UHGV virus genome: UHGV-1366828
Source: a virus
Direction: 5' to 3' (one strand)
DNA length: 64,000 nt
Shown in pieces: positions 45,481 to 55,488 of this stretch. Numbering within the stretch: the first letter of the stretch is position 1; each line of letters begins with the position of its first letter. The translations under genes were made by a program, and so were the position numbers. A model generated the notes under the pieces. The model searched no databases and was not told the origin of the DNA. It saw nothing but the letters and a program-made list of their open reading frames with translations.

Positions 45481-48400
45481 TTAGATATGTTTTATTATCA
45501 ATCCACTTGACGAATCGAATGTTATAACCCATTGTTCGTCTAAAGATAATTTGTTATTCACAGTAGCATTGTTTATATACAATTCTTGGTTAGAAATGTA
45601 CGCTACTTCGGTAGAACCTTCCATGAAACTATTCTTTGTAGGGGACATTTGCTGTTTGAAGTTGCCTTTTCCAAGAGTCATCGTGCTGTTCTGAATATCG
45701 AACTGCATAAATGAGTCAATGTTCTCTTTATATGGAGTAAAGGTAACTGTGTCGAGTTTTGCAGCAAGGACACCGTCTATAGCAGTTAATGTTTGCTGGA
45801 CATGTTGTATATTTTCTGCATTCTGGTGTGTACCGTCTAAAGCATCATTTGCTGTATTTTGGGCATTGTCGGCAGATGATTGAGCGTTATCTGCAGCATC
45901 TTTTGCTTCCTGCGCCTGTAACCAACTTACTACACCAGCATCAAATGCAGCTGACCTTTCAACATTTCCTGCAGTACAGCTATTATCAGAAAAGATAATC
46001 ATCTGGAAAGTGTAGCACAATTTACTGACTGTACCACTGTTTACTATAGGAGCGGAATCCTGCCAAGTAAACGACACTGTTACTTCTTCAGCATCACCAA
46101 CTTTGTTTTTGTACTCACCTGTAGGAACAACAGAAGAATCATTCTCGTCATATACAACGGTGGGAGCAGAGACAAATGTAACATTGTCGACAGTTAACAT
46201 GTACCAACTCTTTAAAGAGCTAGTATCATTCAAATCTTTAATTGTAACTTCGGATAATGTTAATGTTTTTGAAGAAGATACAACTTTACAGATTATTACA
46301 ACTTGACCTCTAACATCAGTTCTAGTTACTGTAACTTTATCCGACGTAGATGTAAGATATTGAATTAGGATTATACTTTCATCTGCAGGGGCTGTATTGA
46401 ATTTAATTGTATCTTTATCAACAACTGTAAATTCTGTAGTAGTAGTTCCGTTTATTGTAATTTCTACTTTAGGACTTGTCGTTGCATTTAAAATGTCAAG
46501 ACCTAAGTCAAATGTTGTTGATGTTCCATTTCCAGTAAACCGCTCTTTAGCAAACCAGTTTAACTGTCCTATTGTTGTAGCCCCGTCTTTTACAACACCT
46601 GTAGCACTTACTGTTAGTTGTTTAACTCCGAGATAAACATCTGCACTCAATGTTGTAGACATAGCTTTTGCATTGAATAGTGTCCCGTTATCTGCTTGAA
46701 TTTCTACAGACAGAACGCTGTCTCCATATACACCGATGATTAAAGCATCTGTTACCGAACCAGACGTGTCGCCATTTGTATAAGTTATTACAGAATAGTT
46801 CCAGAGGTATCTATTGGTGGCATCCATTGACGGAAGGTTCGTAGACCATCCTGTTGTTGGTCGAGTTGTTGTGGCACTAAGCGCGTAATACTCAACAATG
46901 CTAGTTATTCCAACACCAGCAGAACCTGGTTCGCCTTGTGAGCCATATGCGCCTATAATACACGGGTCTGTATATGTCGATACTGTGTTGCTGTATTTAA
47001 CCTCTTCATAATTCCATAAATAAGGTTTGTCAGAACTTATTGTCTGGATATCTGTTGTCCAGCCTTCCGTGTCTCTTGTTACACCTGTACTTACATTGGT
47101 TGCTAGATAATAATTTAGGACTGCTGTAATACTTGTTCCATCTGCGCCGTCTTGACCATTCTGCACTAGAATTACAGGTGTTGCCCATTCGTCTGGAGTA
47201 ATTGTGTCTGTATTTTCTACAGACGCTGCTGTTGCCGCTGTAACATATAACGGGTCTGTTCCTGAAGGGATTGTAGAACTCCACCCAGTAGGAACAGTTG
47301 TAAGCTTCTTTGTCGTAAAGTTGTAAGTTAGGGTAGTAGTCCAGTTAATTGTTGCAGTAGTTGCGCTACGTTTGTACAAGTATACAATGGCAGTATTAAC
47401 ACCATTAGTACCATCTGTACCGTCTTTACCGTCTGTGCCATTTTGGCCCGGTGCGCCGTCTTCAACTAATTTAACAATTGAGCTCCATTCAGAAGGGAGT
47501 ATTGTGTCAGTAGCTTCAGAACTTACAGCTGTTGCTTGAATTGAAAAGCACGGATTTCCATCAGATGCGGGAATTGTTCTTGACCATCCTGCAAGATTTC
47601 CTGACAGTTCTCCTGTAGCAAAAGTATATGTTAAATTGACTGTTGGTTTAGTCAATCCCGTGTCTGTAGAAGCTCTCTTGTAAAGAAATATAGAAGCGGT
47701 ATTCAGACCATTTGTGCCGTCAGTTCCTGGTGCACCATCCTGACCATTCTGCCCATTTTGCGCAAGTATAACAGGTGTTGCCCACTCAGATGAGGGAATT
47801 GAATCGTTACTGGTGTTGGAAGATGCAGTAGCTGCTGTTACAAAAATCGGAGCTGTGCCAGACGGTATTTCTTCATACCAACCTTTAGGAACATTGGTTA
47901 TTGACTTTGTGTCAAAGTTGTATATTAAATCATTTGTCCAGTCAATTGTTGCGGAGTCAGCTCTCTTGTAAAGATATACAACAGCGGAGTTTCTACCGTC
48001 AGTTCCGTCTTTACCGTCAATACCATTGGTGCCATTTCTGCTTACTGAGTAGGAGGTAGAGCTTGTATCATCTGTATATTCAATGACTGTTCGTGTCCAT
48101 AAGTACTGACCCGACCCAGTAGCATCAATTGTATCCTTCCATCCTGTTTGTGGAATATCCGTTCCACTATCCGAAACAACATATGAAATTGTTGTCTGTT
48201 TGATGCCTACACCGTCAGCACCCGGACTACCGTCAGTACCATTTACGCCATTCTTACTTACAGAATAAGATACGGAAGATGTGTTATTTGTATACTCAAT
48301 GGTTGTCCTTGTCCACAAGAATTTACCTTGAGCAACTTCTGGAATGTCCGCCTGCCAACCTGATTGAGGAAACTGAACACCATTATCAAAAACAGCATAC

Positions 48401-50460
48401 TCAATAGTAGTGGTTTTAATTCCGATGCCTGCTTCGCCGTCTTTACCATCTGTACCATTTTTACCATCTGAAACTAACTCAGTAATACTGCTCCACTCTG
48501 ACGGAGAAATTGTATCTGTCTCGCCTGTGCCGATGGCTGTCGCCTGTATAACAAAACAAGGATTTCCGTCGGAGGCAGGAATTGATTGTTTCCATCCACC
48601 GAGTTGTCCTGATAAAGTTCCTGTTGCGAATGTATATGTTAGTGTTCCTGTAGGCTTTGTAATACTGCTAGCAGATGCAGCTCGCTGGTAAAGAAAAACA
48701 GCAGCTGCACTTAATCCAGGAGCACCCTCCTCACCAGGTGCAGAATACATCGAGATTACTGTAGGAGTTGTTTCTTTACTGTCTCCTGTTGTGTAGTGAA
48801 TAATCTCGTACTTCCACAAATACTTATTCTGTGGTGTAGGAGTAATAGGGTTGTCTCCCCAAACCGCTGAACCTTTGGCGGGAGGATTTTCGGGGTCGTT
48901 GTTCAAGGCGAACTTGTCTTCTATGTCTTGAATACCTTTTCCCGTTTCTGCAAAGGTTGTTATAATATGAGGACTTGTTTTTATATATCCCGATATAGTA
49001 TAATGTGTAACCTCTGCATTCCACAGATATTTATTGCTTGCAGAAAGTTCGAGAGAACTCATGTCCTGAGTCCAACCAAGATCCGTCCATTCAGTTTCTA
49101 CTTCAATGTCCGCCGTAGGAGAGGTTGGGGTGTTAGTATTGTTTGTTACAATATACCAATCTACTACAGGTTGGTCAATGTAATCAGAGTTACCATCTTT
49201 AGCTAACACTGTTGGAGCGGACCACGAATTCTTTTGAATCGTATAAGTATCTCCATATCCGATAGCTGTTGCTTGTGTCACATAACAAGGATTGCCGTCC
49301 GTATTAGGAATGGTTAACGACCAGCCATCAGGAGAGGTAGGTTGAATAGCTCCGGTACTAAATGTATAGGTCACTGCAGTTGAAGGAGTTGCAGGGGTAC
49401 TTCCATAACGCTTATATAAGAGAACTGTTTTGGAATTAAGACCACTGGTACTAAATAAGGTAGGAATTGACCATTCTGCTGGAAGGATAGTTGCTTGAGC
49501 TGTTATAGAACTTGCAGTTGCTGCTGTTACGTATAAAGGCTCTGAGCCAGAAGGAATCTCTTCACTCCAGCCTGCTGGTGCTGCAGTTAATTTTTTGTTA
49601 TCAAAATCGTATGTAAGATTCTCTGTCCAATCAATTGCTGTAATCTCATCGACAGAACGTTTATATAGATATACTATTGCAGAGTTTGTACTTACACGGG
49701 AGACACCAAACGCACTATTTGTTTTACCATCTGAAAATCTAGTGTACGTCCATGACCATAAGTAAGGGTTAACATCTGTTGTTTTTGGGGGGTTAGGAAA
49801 CCATATTCCGCTTTGTGTAATATCAGGAGGAGTTGTACCGTTACTACTTATAGCATACTTAACATACGTTTCTTCGATTGTAGCACCTGAACCTGCAGAA
49901 CCTTGTGCTCCTTGTATACAGGTCATACTACGCATGATAGTTCCATCTTCATATGTGACAGTTGTTCTTTGCCACATAAACTTTCCAGGCCAATACTGAG
50001 GTGCTTGCTCAGACCAATTACTAAAGCTGTCGTAGTGGTCTTGATAGTTAGACAATGAGTATTGAATTGAAATTGCTTTTACATTGTTGGAATACTTATC
50101 GTTCAGCTTTTTCAGGGAATCCGGAGTGACTTCACCTATCAGCGTATTTTCTGATAGATTTGTATTTACATTTACTACAAGAGAGTCTGCTGTGATGTCG
50201 GTAGACCCTTCAGGCATACCTTCACGATAAAGTAATCCAATTATGATTGGGAATGAAAGATCGTCATTCTCAAAATCAACAATAACAACATCGCCCTCTT
50301 GATAGTTAGGGCTACAACCAGGTAAGGTTTGGATTGTAGCTGTGTATAATTCATTTGTAGGGGTAGCTGTAGGATCGGACTTTACTTTATTGTATACTGG
50401 TATCCGAACCTTCATGGAATACTTATCTAGTTTCTTTTCAATAATTGCTTTCTGTAACAT
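45481..50460 (-). CDS. giant tail fibre/baseplate protein with collagen-like G-X-Y tracts and multiple ~100-130-aa internal duplications
   Basis: GQNGQDGAPGTDGTNGLN, GAPGQNGTDGKDGTDGTNGVN and similar tracts; repeated (I/V)(F/Y)LYKR...SEW modules. Confidence 0.55.
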   Translation of the reverse strand: MLQKAIIEKKLDKYSMKVRIPVYNKVKSDPTATPTNELYTATIQTLPGCSPNYQEGDVVIVDFENDDLSFPIIIGLLYREGMPEGSTDITADSLVVNVNTNLSENTLIGEVTPDSLKKLNDKYSNNVKAISIQYSLSNYQDHYDSFSNWSEQAPQYWPGKFMWQRTTVTYEDGTIMRSMTCIQGAQGSAGSGATIEETYVKYAISSNGTTPPDITQSGIWFPNPPKTTDVNPYLWSWTYTRFSDGKTNSAFGVSRVSTNSAIVYLYKRSVDEITAIDWTENLTYDFDNKKLTAAPAGWSEEIPSGSEPLYVTAATASSITAQATILPAEWSIPTLFSTSGLNSKTVLLYKRYGSTPATPSTAVTYTFSTGAIQPTSPDGWSLTIPNTDGNPCYVTQATAIGYGDTYTIQKNSWSAPTVLAKDGNSDYIDQPVVDWYIVTNNTNTPTSPTADIEVETEWTDLGWTQDMSSLELSASNKYLWNAEVTHYTISGYIKTSPHIITTFAETGKGIQDIEDKFALNNDPENPPAKGSAVWGDNPITPTPQNKYLWKYEIIHYTTGDSKETTPTVISMYSAPGEEGAPGLSAAAVFLYQRAASASSITKPTGTLTYTFATGTLSGQLGGWKQSIPASDGNPCFVIQATAIGTGETDTISPSEWSSITELVSDGKNGTDGKDGEAGIGIKTTTIEYAVFDNGVQFPQSGWQADIPEVAQGKFLWTRTTIEYTNNTSSVSYSVSKNGVNGTDGSPGADGVGIKQTTISYVVSDSGTDIPQTGWKDTIDATGSGQYLWTRTVIEYTDDTSSTSYSVSRNGTNGIDGKDGTDGRNSAVVYLYKRADSATIDWTNDLIYNFDTKSITNVPKGWYEEIPSGTAPIFVTAATASSNTSNDSIPSSEWATPVILAQNGQNGQDGAPGTDGTNGLNTASIFLYKRASTDTGLTKPTVNLTYTFATGELSGNLAGWSRTIPASDGNPCFSIQATAVSSEATDTILPSEWSSIVKLVEDGAPGQNGTDGKDGTDGTNGVNTAIVYLYKRSATTATINWTTTLTYNFTTKKLTTVPTGWSSTIPSGTDPLYVTAATAASVENTDTITPDEWATPVILVQNGQDGADGTSITAVLNYYLATNVSTGVTRDTEGWTTDIQTISSDKPYLWNYEEVKYSNTVSTYTDPCIIGAYGSQGEPGSAGVGITSIVEYYALSATTTRPTTGWSTNLPSMDATNRYLWNYSVITYTNGDTSGSVTDALIIGVYGDSVLSVEIQADNGTLFNAKAMSTTLSADVYLGVKQLTVSATGVVKDGATTIGQLNWFAKERFTGNGTSTTFDLGLDILNATTSPKVEITINGTTTTEFTVVDKDTIKFNTAPADESIILIQYLTSTSDKVTVTRTDVRGQVVIICKVVSSSKTLTLSEVTIKDLNDTSSLKSWYMLTVDNVTFVSAPTVVYDENDSSVVPTGEYKNKVGDAEEVTVSFTWQDSAPIVNSGTVSKLCYTFQMIIFSDNSCTAGNVERSAAFDAGVVSWLQAQEAKDAADNAQSSADNAQNTANDALDGTHQNAENIQHVQQTLTAIDGVLAAKLDTVTFTPYKENIDSFMQFDIQNSTMTLGKGNFKQQMSPTKNSFMEGSTEVAYISNQELYINNATVNNKLSLDEQWVITFDSSSGLIIKHI

Positions 50461-50477
50461 CTATGCTAGCCCTCTCT

Positions 50478-50723
50478 TCAAAATGTCCTTACTTTAATTG
50501 TGTTACTGTTAATAAAGAAGGTTCCCGTTCTTATTGAAACTTTTCCGTAGTAAGTGTTTATCTGTTGGCAGGCTGTGTCGGAACTTAACTGCCCTGCAAA
50601 CCTTGTTAGATTTGAATCAAAATAATAGGGAGTAAAAGCAGGGCAGTATACATAATTTATTATTTTATTCTTATTTTGAAGTATTGTTGTAATACGTTGC
50701 GTATTTATAACTTTTACGCTCAA
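50478..50723 (-). CDS. hypothetical small tail protein
   Basis: ORF track. Confidence 0.35.
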   Translation of the reverse strand: MSVKVINTQRITTILQNKNKIINYVYCPAFTPYYFDSNLTRFAGQLSSDTACQQINTYYGKVSIRTGTFFINSNTIKVRTF

Positions 50724-50735
50724 CTACATCACCTC

Positions 50736-53324
50736 TTAATTGGAAGTGGTAAAGGTTAAAGTATTGTCACCTGTAACTCTTGTTAGCGAAAGAATTGTTC
50801 TGTAACCACTTGCATCTACAATATCTTGTTGCTTTGTTATTACATACAATCCGCTAGACACGTGACGTTGACCATAGAATAAGGAGTTTATTCTAACATA
50901 GCTCATTAACATAGCAGGACGTAACAGACCTTTAAGTGTTAACTTCGCTTTGACAGGGAATTGTGTCATCTGTGTCCACCAAGTTTTCTGTGCCTGCGTA
51001 GTTTTATGATATCTGCTAGAAGTTGTTGAGTTAGGTGAGTATTCCGTTGTAACATTTCCTGCGTTGTCTATGTTGTATACATAATCTTCTGTAGGAATCT
51101 GTTGAGAATATTTGTATAGTAGACTCCACGAATCATCATTTTCTATCTGGAAATTCATAACATAGTTACTTGGTGTGTCTCCTACATATCCGGAATATCC
51201 AACATCTACTTCATATACATCAGAGCCACTTAACGATTCCGCAGAAGCGTCTGCTGTAACTTTTACAACTCTAAAGTATGGTCCATTGTATTCGTTTGTT
51301 ATATCATCAACAATGGTTAAGTGATATGTAGATTTTCCTAGAGACGTAGTTTGGTCACCAGAGGGGGACATTTCCGATACAAGATAGTTTAGATATGTTA
51401 TCGGGCTCATTCCCTCTTTAGGTTCTAGATGTGTCTCTCTGTCGTCACCAGCTATAAGTCTTCTAGCAATGGTCTTATTCTTCATTCCAGTGAAGACTTG
51501 TCGCAAGCCATATTTTTCAGAGAACAAGATTTCAATTATCTTGTCGCTGGGCTTACAAACAACTCCAGGGAAGTTATAAGAACGAGATGCTAACTGTAAA
51601 GCATTGCTAGTACAGAACAGAGTATATGTTATTCTCGAAGAAGAAAAATCAATGTTTGAAGTCAGTTTAGTTATGATAGCTTCTTCTTCTCTGAATATGA
51701 AGGATGGCGAGCTGTAATCACCATAACTTATTTTTATTTTACCGTAGCCAACACTACTAAATATCTTGTCCAGTAGATTTGGGTCTTGACCAGGTTCAAT
51801 CTGATATACCATGTTGATTGTGTACTGATTTACTGTACCGTTTACTTTTACTATATTGATACTTTGCATATAGTTAGGATAATCAACCCTGACAGTATTT
51901 TCAGACTTTCTATATTTATATGTACCAAATGTGTAGTTTCCTATTTGTAAAGTGATAAACGGACTTTCAACAAATGTTCCTACACTCAGTAGTCCTGTAG
52001 AACGCTGTGTAGAAATGTTTGTAGGAGTTTCATTTATTGTAACTCTTCTCACAACTTCTGCTTCGTCTACGGGACCAGCACTTCTTAATCTACGCTGTGC
52101 TTCAACATATTCTGCATAAGAGGAGTATTTTTTATTTAAATCAGTGTCATTATCAAATTGTTGTTTGCTAATAATGTTAGAGATTGTTTTCTTCCAGTTG
52201 TCAATGGTTCCGCTTATTGCGTTGCCTAATTTATTAACACCTTCATTGAAAGCATTTTCAACGGAAGAGCCTGTTGACTCGGAATTTTCGGGTCCTATAA
52301 CTCCTGTAGCTGCATCTCTGTAACGAAGAACAACTTGCCAAGAACATTCTCTGTAATAATTTCTAGTTGCTATACCGGTTGGAGTACACTCGACCATTCT
52401 ACCATTTCCAATAAACATTGCAGTATGTCCGTTAGCTCCTGCACCAGATGTGCCCGTAGCATTCCAGACAAGGACGTCTCCGGCTCGCATTCCGGTTCCG
52501 TTATCAATGTTTACCATGGAACGAACATCGGTGAACCCGTTCGCTACAAAACAACGTTTCATGTCGCCTGTATAAGAAGCGCCTGTTTGAACGCCTGCTT
52601 TGTTCCATGCAGAAATAATAAAAGCAGAACAGTCATATGAGGTGGGTCCCCATCTATTTGTCATGCTGTACGTATAACCTTTATTGCACTGAGCAACTGC
52701 CCACTGGATTGCTTTGTCTGTTGCAGTGGGTTGACTTGTTCCGTATAATGAATTTGTTGAAGATGTATAAGGAGCAGTGTACCCACTGTACTTGTTATAG
52801 AAAGCATACGCATGAGATCTACGAACATCATAATTATAAACAGCAGGACGTTCATATTGCTCAAGGACTAAGTCACAAGCAGCACGAACGTCCGTAGCTC
52901 TCTTTAATTGATTTCCCCAAGATGCATTACTAAAGGCATTGTCAGCAAAGGTTAACTGTGTGTCAAGATTTCCAACTGAAGTACCACGTTGTTTTGCAAG
53001 CTCATAAAGGTCTCTTTTATATGTCCACCAAGTCCATTGAGCAAGTCCGTATCCTATAGAATCGTGAACAAATTTATCTTTGGAGTATGCTCCACTATCT
53101 ACCTGTTGAGTATAGTCAGCATCAGACCAACCATATCCGTTTTGAACATTGTTTGCAATAAGTGCACTTTCTGCTTGGAAGTTGCCCATTATACCGGCGA
53201 TGCCTTCAGAGCTGTACCCTTTAGACCGGAAAAATGACCATATCTGTTGTTCAACTGTTTGATTTGTTCTGTTTATAGCGTTAGCTCTTAGTCCGCTGCC
53301 CTCAATGTCTTGATATACTTGCAT
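50736..53324 (-). CDS. tail-associated lysin/baseplate hub: phage-tail-lysozyme domain plus NlpC/P60 (CHAP-like) peptidase plus C-terminal hub region
   Basis: GIAGIMGNFQAESALI...GYGLAQWTWW lysozyme-like; CNKGYTYS...YDCSAFIISAW...GHTAMFIGNGRMVEC Cys-His peptidase. Confidence 0.6.
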   Translation of the reverse strand: MQVYQDIEGSGLRANAINRTNQTVEQQIWSFFRSKGYSSEGIAGIMGNFQAESALIANNVQNGYGWSDADYTQQVDSGAYSKDKFVHDSIGYGLAQWTWWTYKRDLYELAKQRGTSVGNLDTQLTFADNAFSNASWGNQLKRATDVRAACDLVLEQYERPAVYNYDVRRSHAYAFYNKYSGYTAPYTSSTNSLYGTSQPTATDKAIQWAVAQCNKGYTYSMTNRWGPTSYDCSAFIISAWNKAGVQTGASYTGDMKRCFVANGFTDVRSMVNIDNGTGMRAGDVLVWNATGTSGAGANGHTAMFIGNGRMVECTPTGIATRNYYRECSWQVVLRYRDAATGVIGPENSESTGSSVENAFNEGVNKLGNAISGTIDNWKKTISNIISKQQFDNDTDLNKKYSSYAEYVEAQRRLRSAGPVDEAEVVRRVTINETPTNISTQRSTGLLSVGTFVESPFITLQIGNYTFGTYKYRKSENTVRVDYPNYMQSINIVKVNGTVNQYTINMVYQIEPGQDPNLLDKIFSSVGYGKIKISYGDYSSPSFIFREEEAIITKLTSNIDFSSSRITYTLFCTSNALQLASRSYNFPGVVCKPSDKIIEILFSEKYGLRQVFTGMKNKTIARRLIAGDDRETHLEPKEGMSPITYLNYLVSEMSPSGDQTTSLGKSTYHLTIVDDITNEYNGPYFRVVKVTADASAESLSGSDVYEVDVGYSGYVGDTPSNYVMNFQIENDDSWSLLYKYSQQIPTEDYVYNIDNAGNVTTEYSPNSTTSSRYHKTTQAQKTWWTQMTQFPVKAKLTLKGLLRPAMLMSYVRINSLFYGQRHVSSGLYVITKQQDIVDASGYRTILSLTRVTGDNTLTFTTSN

Positions 53325-53334
53325 AGGCTAATCC

Positions 53335-53649
53335 TCACTGAAATTCAATACTCGACAGAATTGGAATATTTAATGTACTTCCTTCAACAGGCTTTCTAAA
53401 TGGGTCTGATATGTTATTAAAATCACATATTGCCCAAAAGTATACAGGAGAGTTATAAAAAGCAAGAGATAGAGAGTCATATGTGTCATTCTTTTTTACA
53501 ACATATGCTGTATACGGAGTTGTTTTGTCGAGGTGTCGTGTAGTTCCGTAGATATATTTTCCATCTGACTTGTTATAGTAATAAGGAAATGAGCTATATC
53601 TAGAAACTCTTTTATAACTCTTATAAGTTTTGTTAGTTAATTTATCCAT
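53335..53649 (-). CDS. LysM-like tail protein (P2 gpX/T4 gp53-like)
   Basis: YVVKKNDTYDSLSLAFYNSPVYFWAICDFNNISDP...GSTLNIP resembles LysM. Confidence 0.4.
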   Translation of the reverse strand: MDKLTNKTYKSYKRVSRYSSFPYYYNKSDGKYIYGTTRHLDKTTPYTAYVVKKNDTYDSLSLAFYNSPVYFWAICDFNNISDPFRKPVEGSTLNIPILSSIEFQ

Positions 53650-53660
53650 ACACCGCTACC

Positions 53661-54314
53661 TCATCTCGGATTAGAATAAGCAGAAAAGGGCTGTGCTGCT
53701 ACGTACAGATTTCTTGCAAGAGATGTGTTTAGCCCTCTGGAACTGCCCATTTGTGCAGCTATAAGGGCATCGTAAGGCTCTGTTTCGGTTACTCCAAAGG
53801 CGACGTCAACTAATGCATACTTACCGTCGCTTAGAATTGGATAACGATAAGTAACGCCTACAGAACCTGTTATAACACCTTTTATAAACAGGTCTTGACC
53901 TAGTCTTAAAGCAACCTGAGGAGGATTTACCATCTTCTTTGCTACTTCATATGTAGGAAGAGCGGCTGCTTGAATATATTTAATTAAAAGGTCTGTGTAA
54001 TCATCGTTGCTGTTGTTTTCAATCATCGCTGTGCTAACACCGTAGTTGATCTGCTTCATCATATCTCTGTGTAGATTGAATGATACCTGTAAAGTACGAG
54101 GACCCGAACTGGAATAAGAATAGATTGGGGCAGACCTTGCAAGGGGTGTAGACGAGTTGAAGTTAACATTCTGGGTATCAGTTACTGAGTCAGCGTAAGC
54201 TGGCAGCAAAATACATACACCCATTGTACCTTTGTTATTTGGCACATGATATAGATACAGATAGTTGTCTGGCATGACATATCTACTATATCTGTTGTTA
54301 TATGTTACAGCCAT
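53661..54314 (-). CDS. tail protein, hypothetical
   Basis: ORF track; ATGA overlap with the neighbour. Confidence 0.4.
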   Translation of the reverse strand: MAVTYNNRYSRYVMPDNYLYLYHVPNNKGTMGVCILLPAYADSVTDTQNVNFNSSTPLARSAPIYSYSSSGPRTLQVSFNLHRDMMKQINYGVSTAMIENNSNDDYTDLLIKYIQAAALPTYEVAKKMVNPPQVALRLGQDLFIKGVITGSVGVTYRYPILSDGKYALVDVAFGVTETEPYDALIAAQMGSSRGLNTSLARNLYVAAQPFSAYSNPR

Positions 54315-55486
54315 TACATGTATCCTTTCATTATTGCATTTTCGACATCTTTATCAACATATCCGGTGATGTCAATTTTTCTTGTGTGTTTACTTAAAAG
54401 ATAGTCTCTATAAACAGCTCTTCGTAAATTATTATCCCAAACACCTGTTTGTGTCATTCTATTTCGTTGGGCAATCTTTATGTCAAGAGAACATTCATCT
54501 CTTGGAGTAATCACATTGTTAAGAAGATACTCAATCAGTCTGTTTGAAAACGGACGTTGCTCCTTGTTACTAAATTGTAACAAATCGAGTTCCGTTAGCA
54601 TCATCTTGTCCAATTCAGGAGGGGAAATCTCATTCTTTTCCTGTTTTACTTTATCGTCATACGACACATCTAACACAGGCTCGAAGTTGTAAATCTCATT
54701 ACAAGATAGGTTTGTGTAGTCTCCTTCAAGAACCATAAGACTCGTCTCTACAGTAGACATAAACTGAATTAGAAGGTATAAGAATTTTTCGTTACGTTGA
54801 TGTACCTTTGCGTTTCTGTCTCCTTCATGATTCTTTACCTCTACAGTGAATGGACGTCTGAAGGAGCAAGACAGCTCTTTGTGTACATTAACGTACTCAT
54901 TACGAGAACAAAGGTCACTGGTCAAGTCAAACGAAACTGAACCCGACCAGGCAGGAACAAGCTGATTATTTTCTTGATATATTGGAGCAATCATTACAGC
55001 AGAGCTAGAGTCGGCTGCGATTGTATATTTTCGGTTAAACTTTATTGGAACCATTGCCACTTTATATGATGAGTTATCACCTTGTACAACTCCTGTTGAG
55101 TCAATGTAGTAATTAGAAATGTACTGTTTTCCCCAGCAGTTATAAAATGGCATTAAATCTATATTAAAACAATCTCGAATAGTTCGTAGATAATTTCCTA
55201 ATTGACGATGTGTTTTTACATCATAGTATAGGTTATCTGATTTGAAAGGCTCTGTAAACTTTGGATAATAATCTCCAAAAGAGTAGTGCTGTAATACTTG
55301 AACTTCCGCATCTTCAGAGAATCGCCCACTCTTTGTACACTTGAATATGTTACATCTGTTTATGTAGATAAAGGGAGAAAGAATATAATCTCCCTCCCGT
55401 ACTGTGTCGCAAATCGGAAGAGGAGTATTACTGAGTAAGTTTTTTATCAGTTTACTCTCAATAGTGTTAGTGTAGTACTCACTCAT
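54314..55486 (-). CDS. tail protein, hypothetical (distal-tail/hub-proximal)
   Basis: ORF track; follows the tape measure gene. Confidence 0.4.
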   Translation of the reverse strand: MSEYYTNTIESKLIKNLLSNTPLPICDTVREGDYILSPFIYINRCNIFKCTKSGRFSEDAEVQVLQHYSFGDYYPKFTEPFKSDNLYYDVKTHRQLGNYLRTIRDCFNIDLMPFYNCWGKQYISNYYIDSTGVVQGDNSSYKVAMVPIKFNRKYTIAADSSSAVMIAPIYQENNQLVPAWSGSVSFDLTSDLCSRNEYVNVHKELSCSFRRPFTVEVKNHEGDRNAKVHQRNEKFLYLLIQFMSTVETSLMVLEGDYTNLSCNEIYNFEPVLDVSYDDKVKQEKNEISPPELDKMMLTELDLLQFSNKEQRPFSNRLIEYLLNNVITPRDECSLDIKIAQRNRMTQTGVWDNNLRRAVYRDYLLSKHTRKIDITGYVDKDVENAIMKGYM

Positions 55487-55488
55487 AA

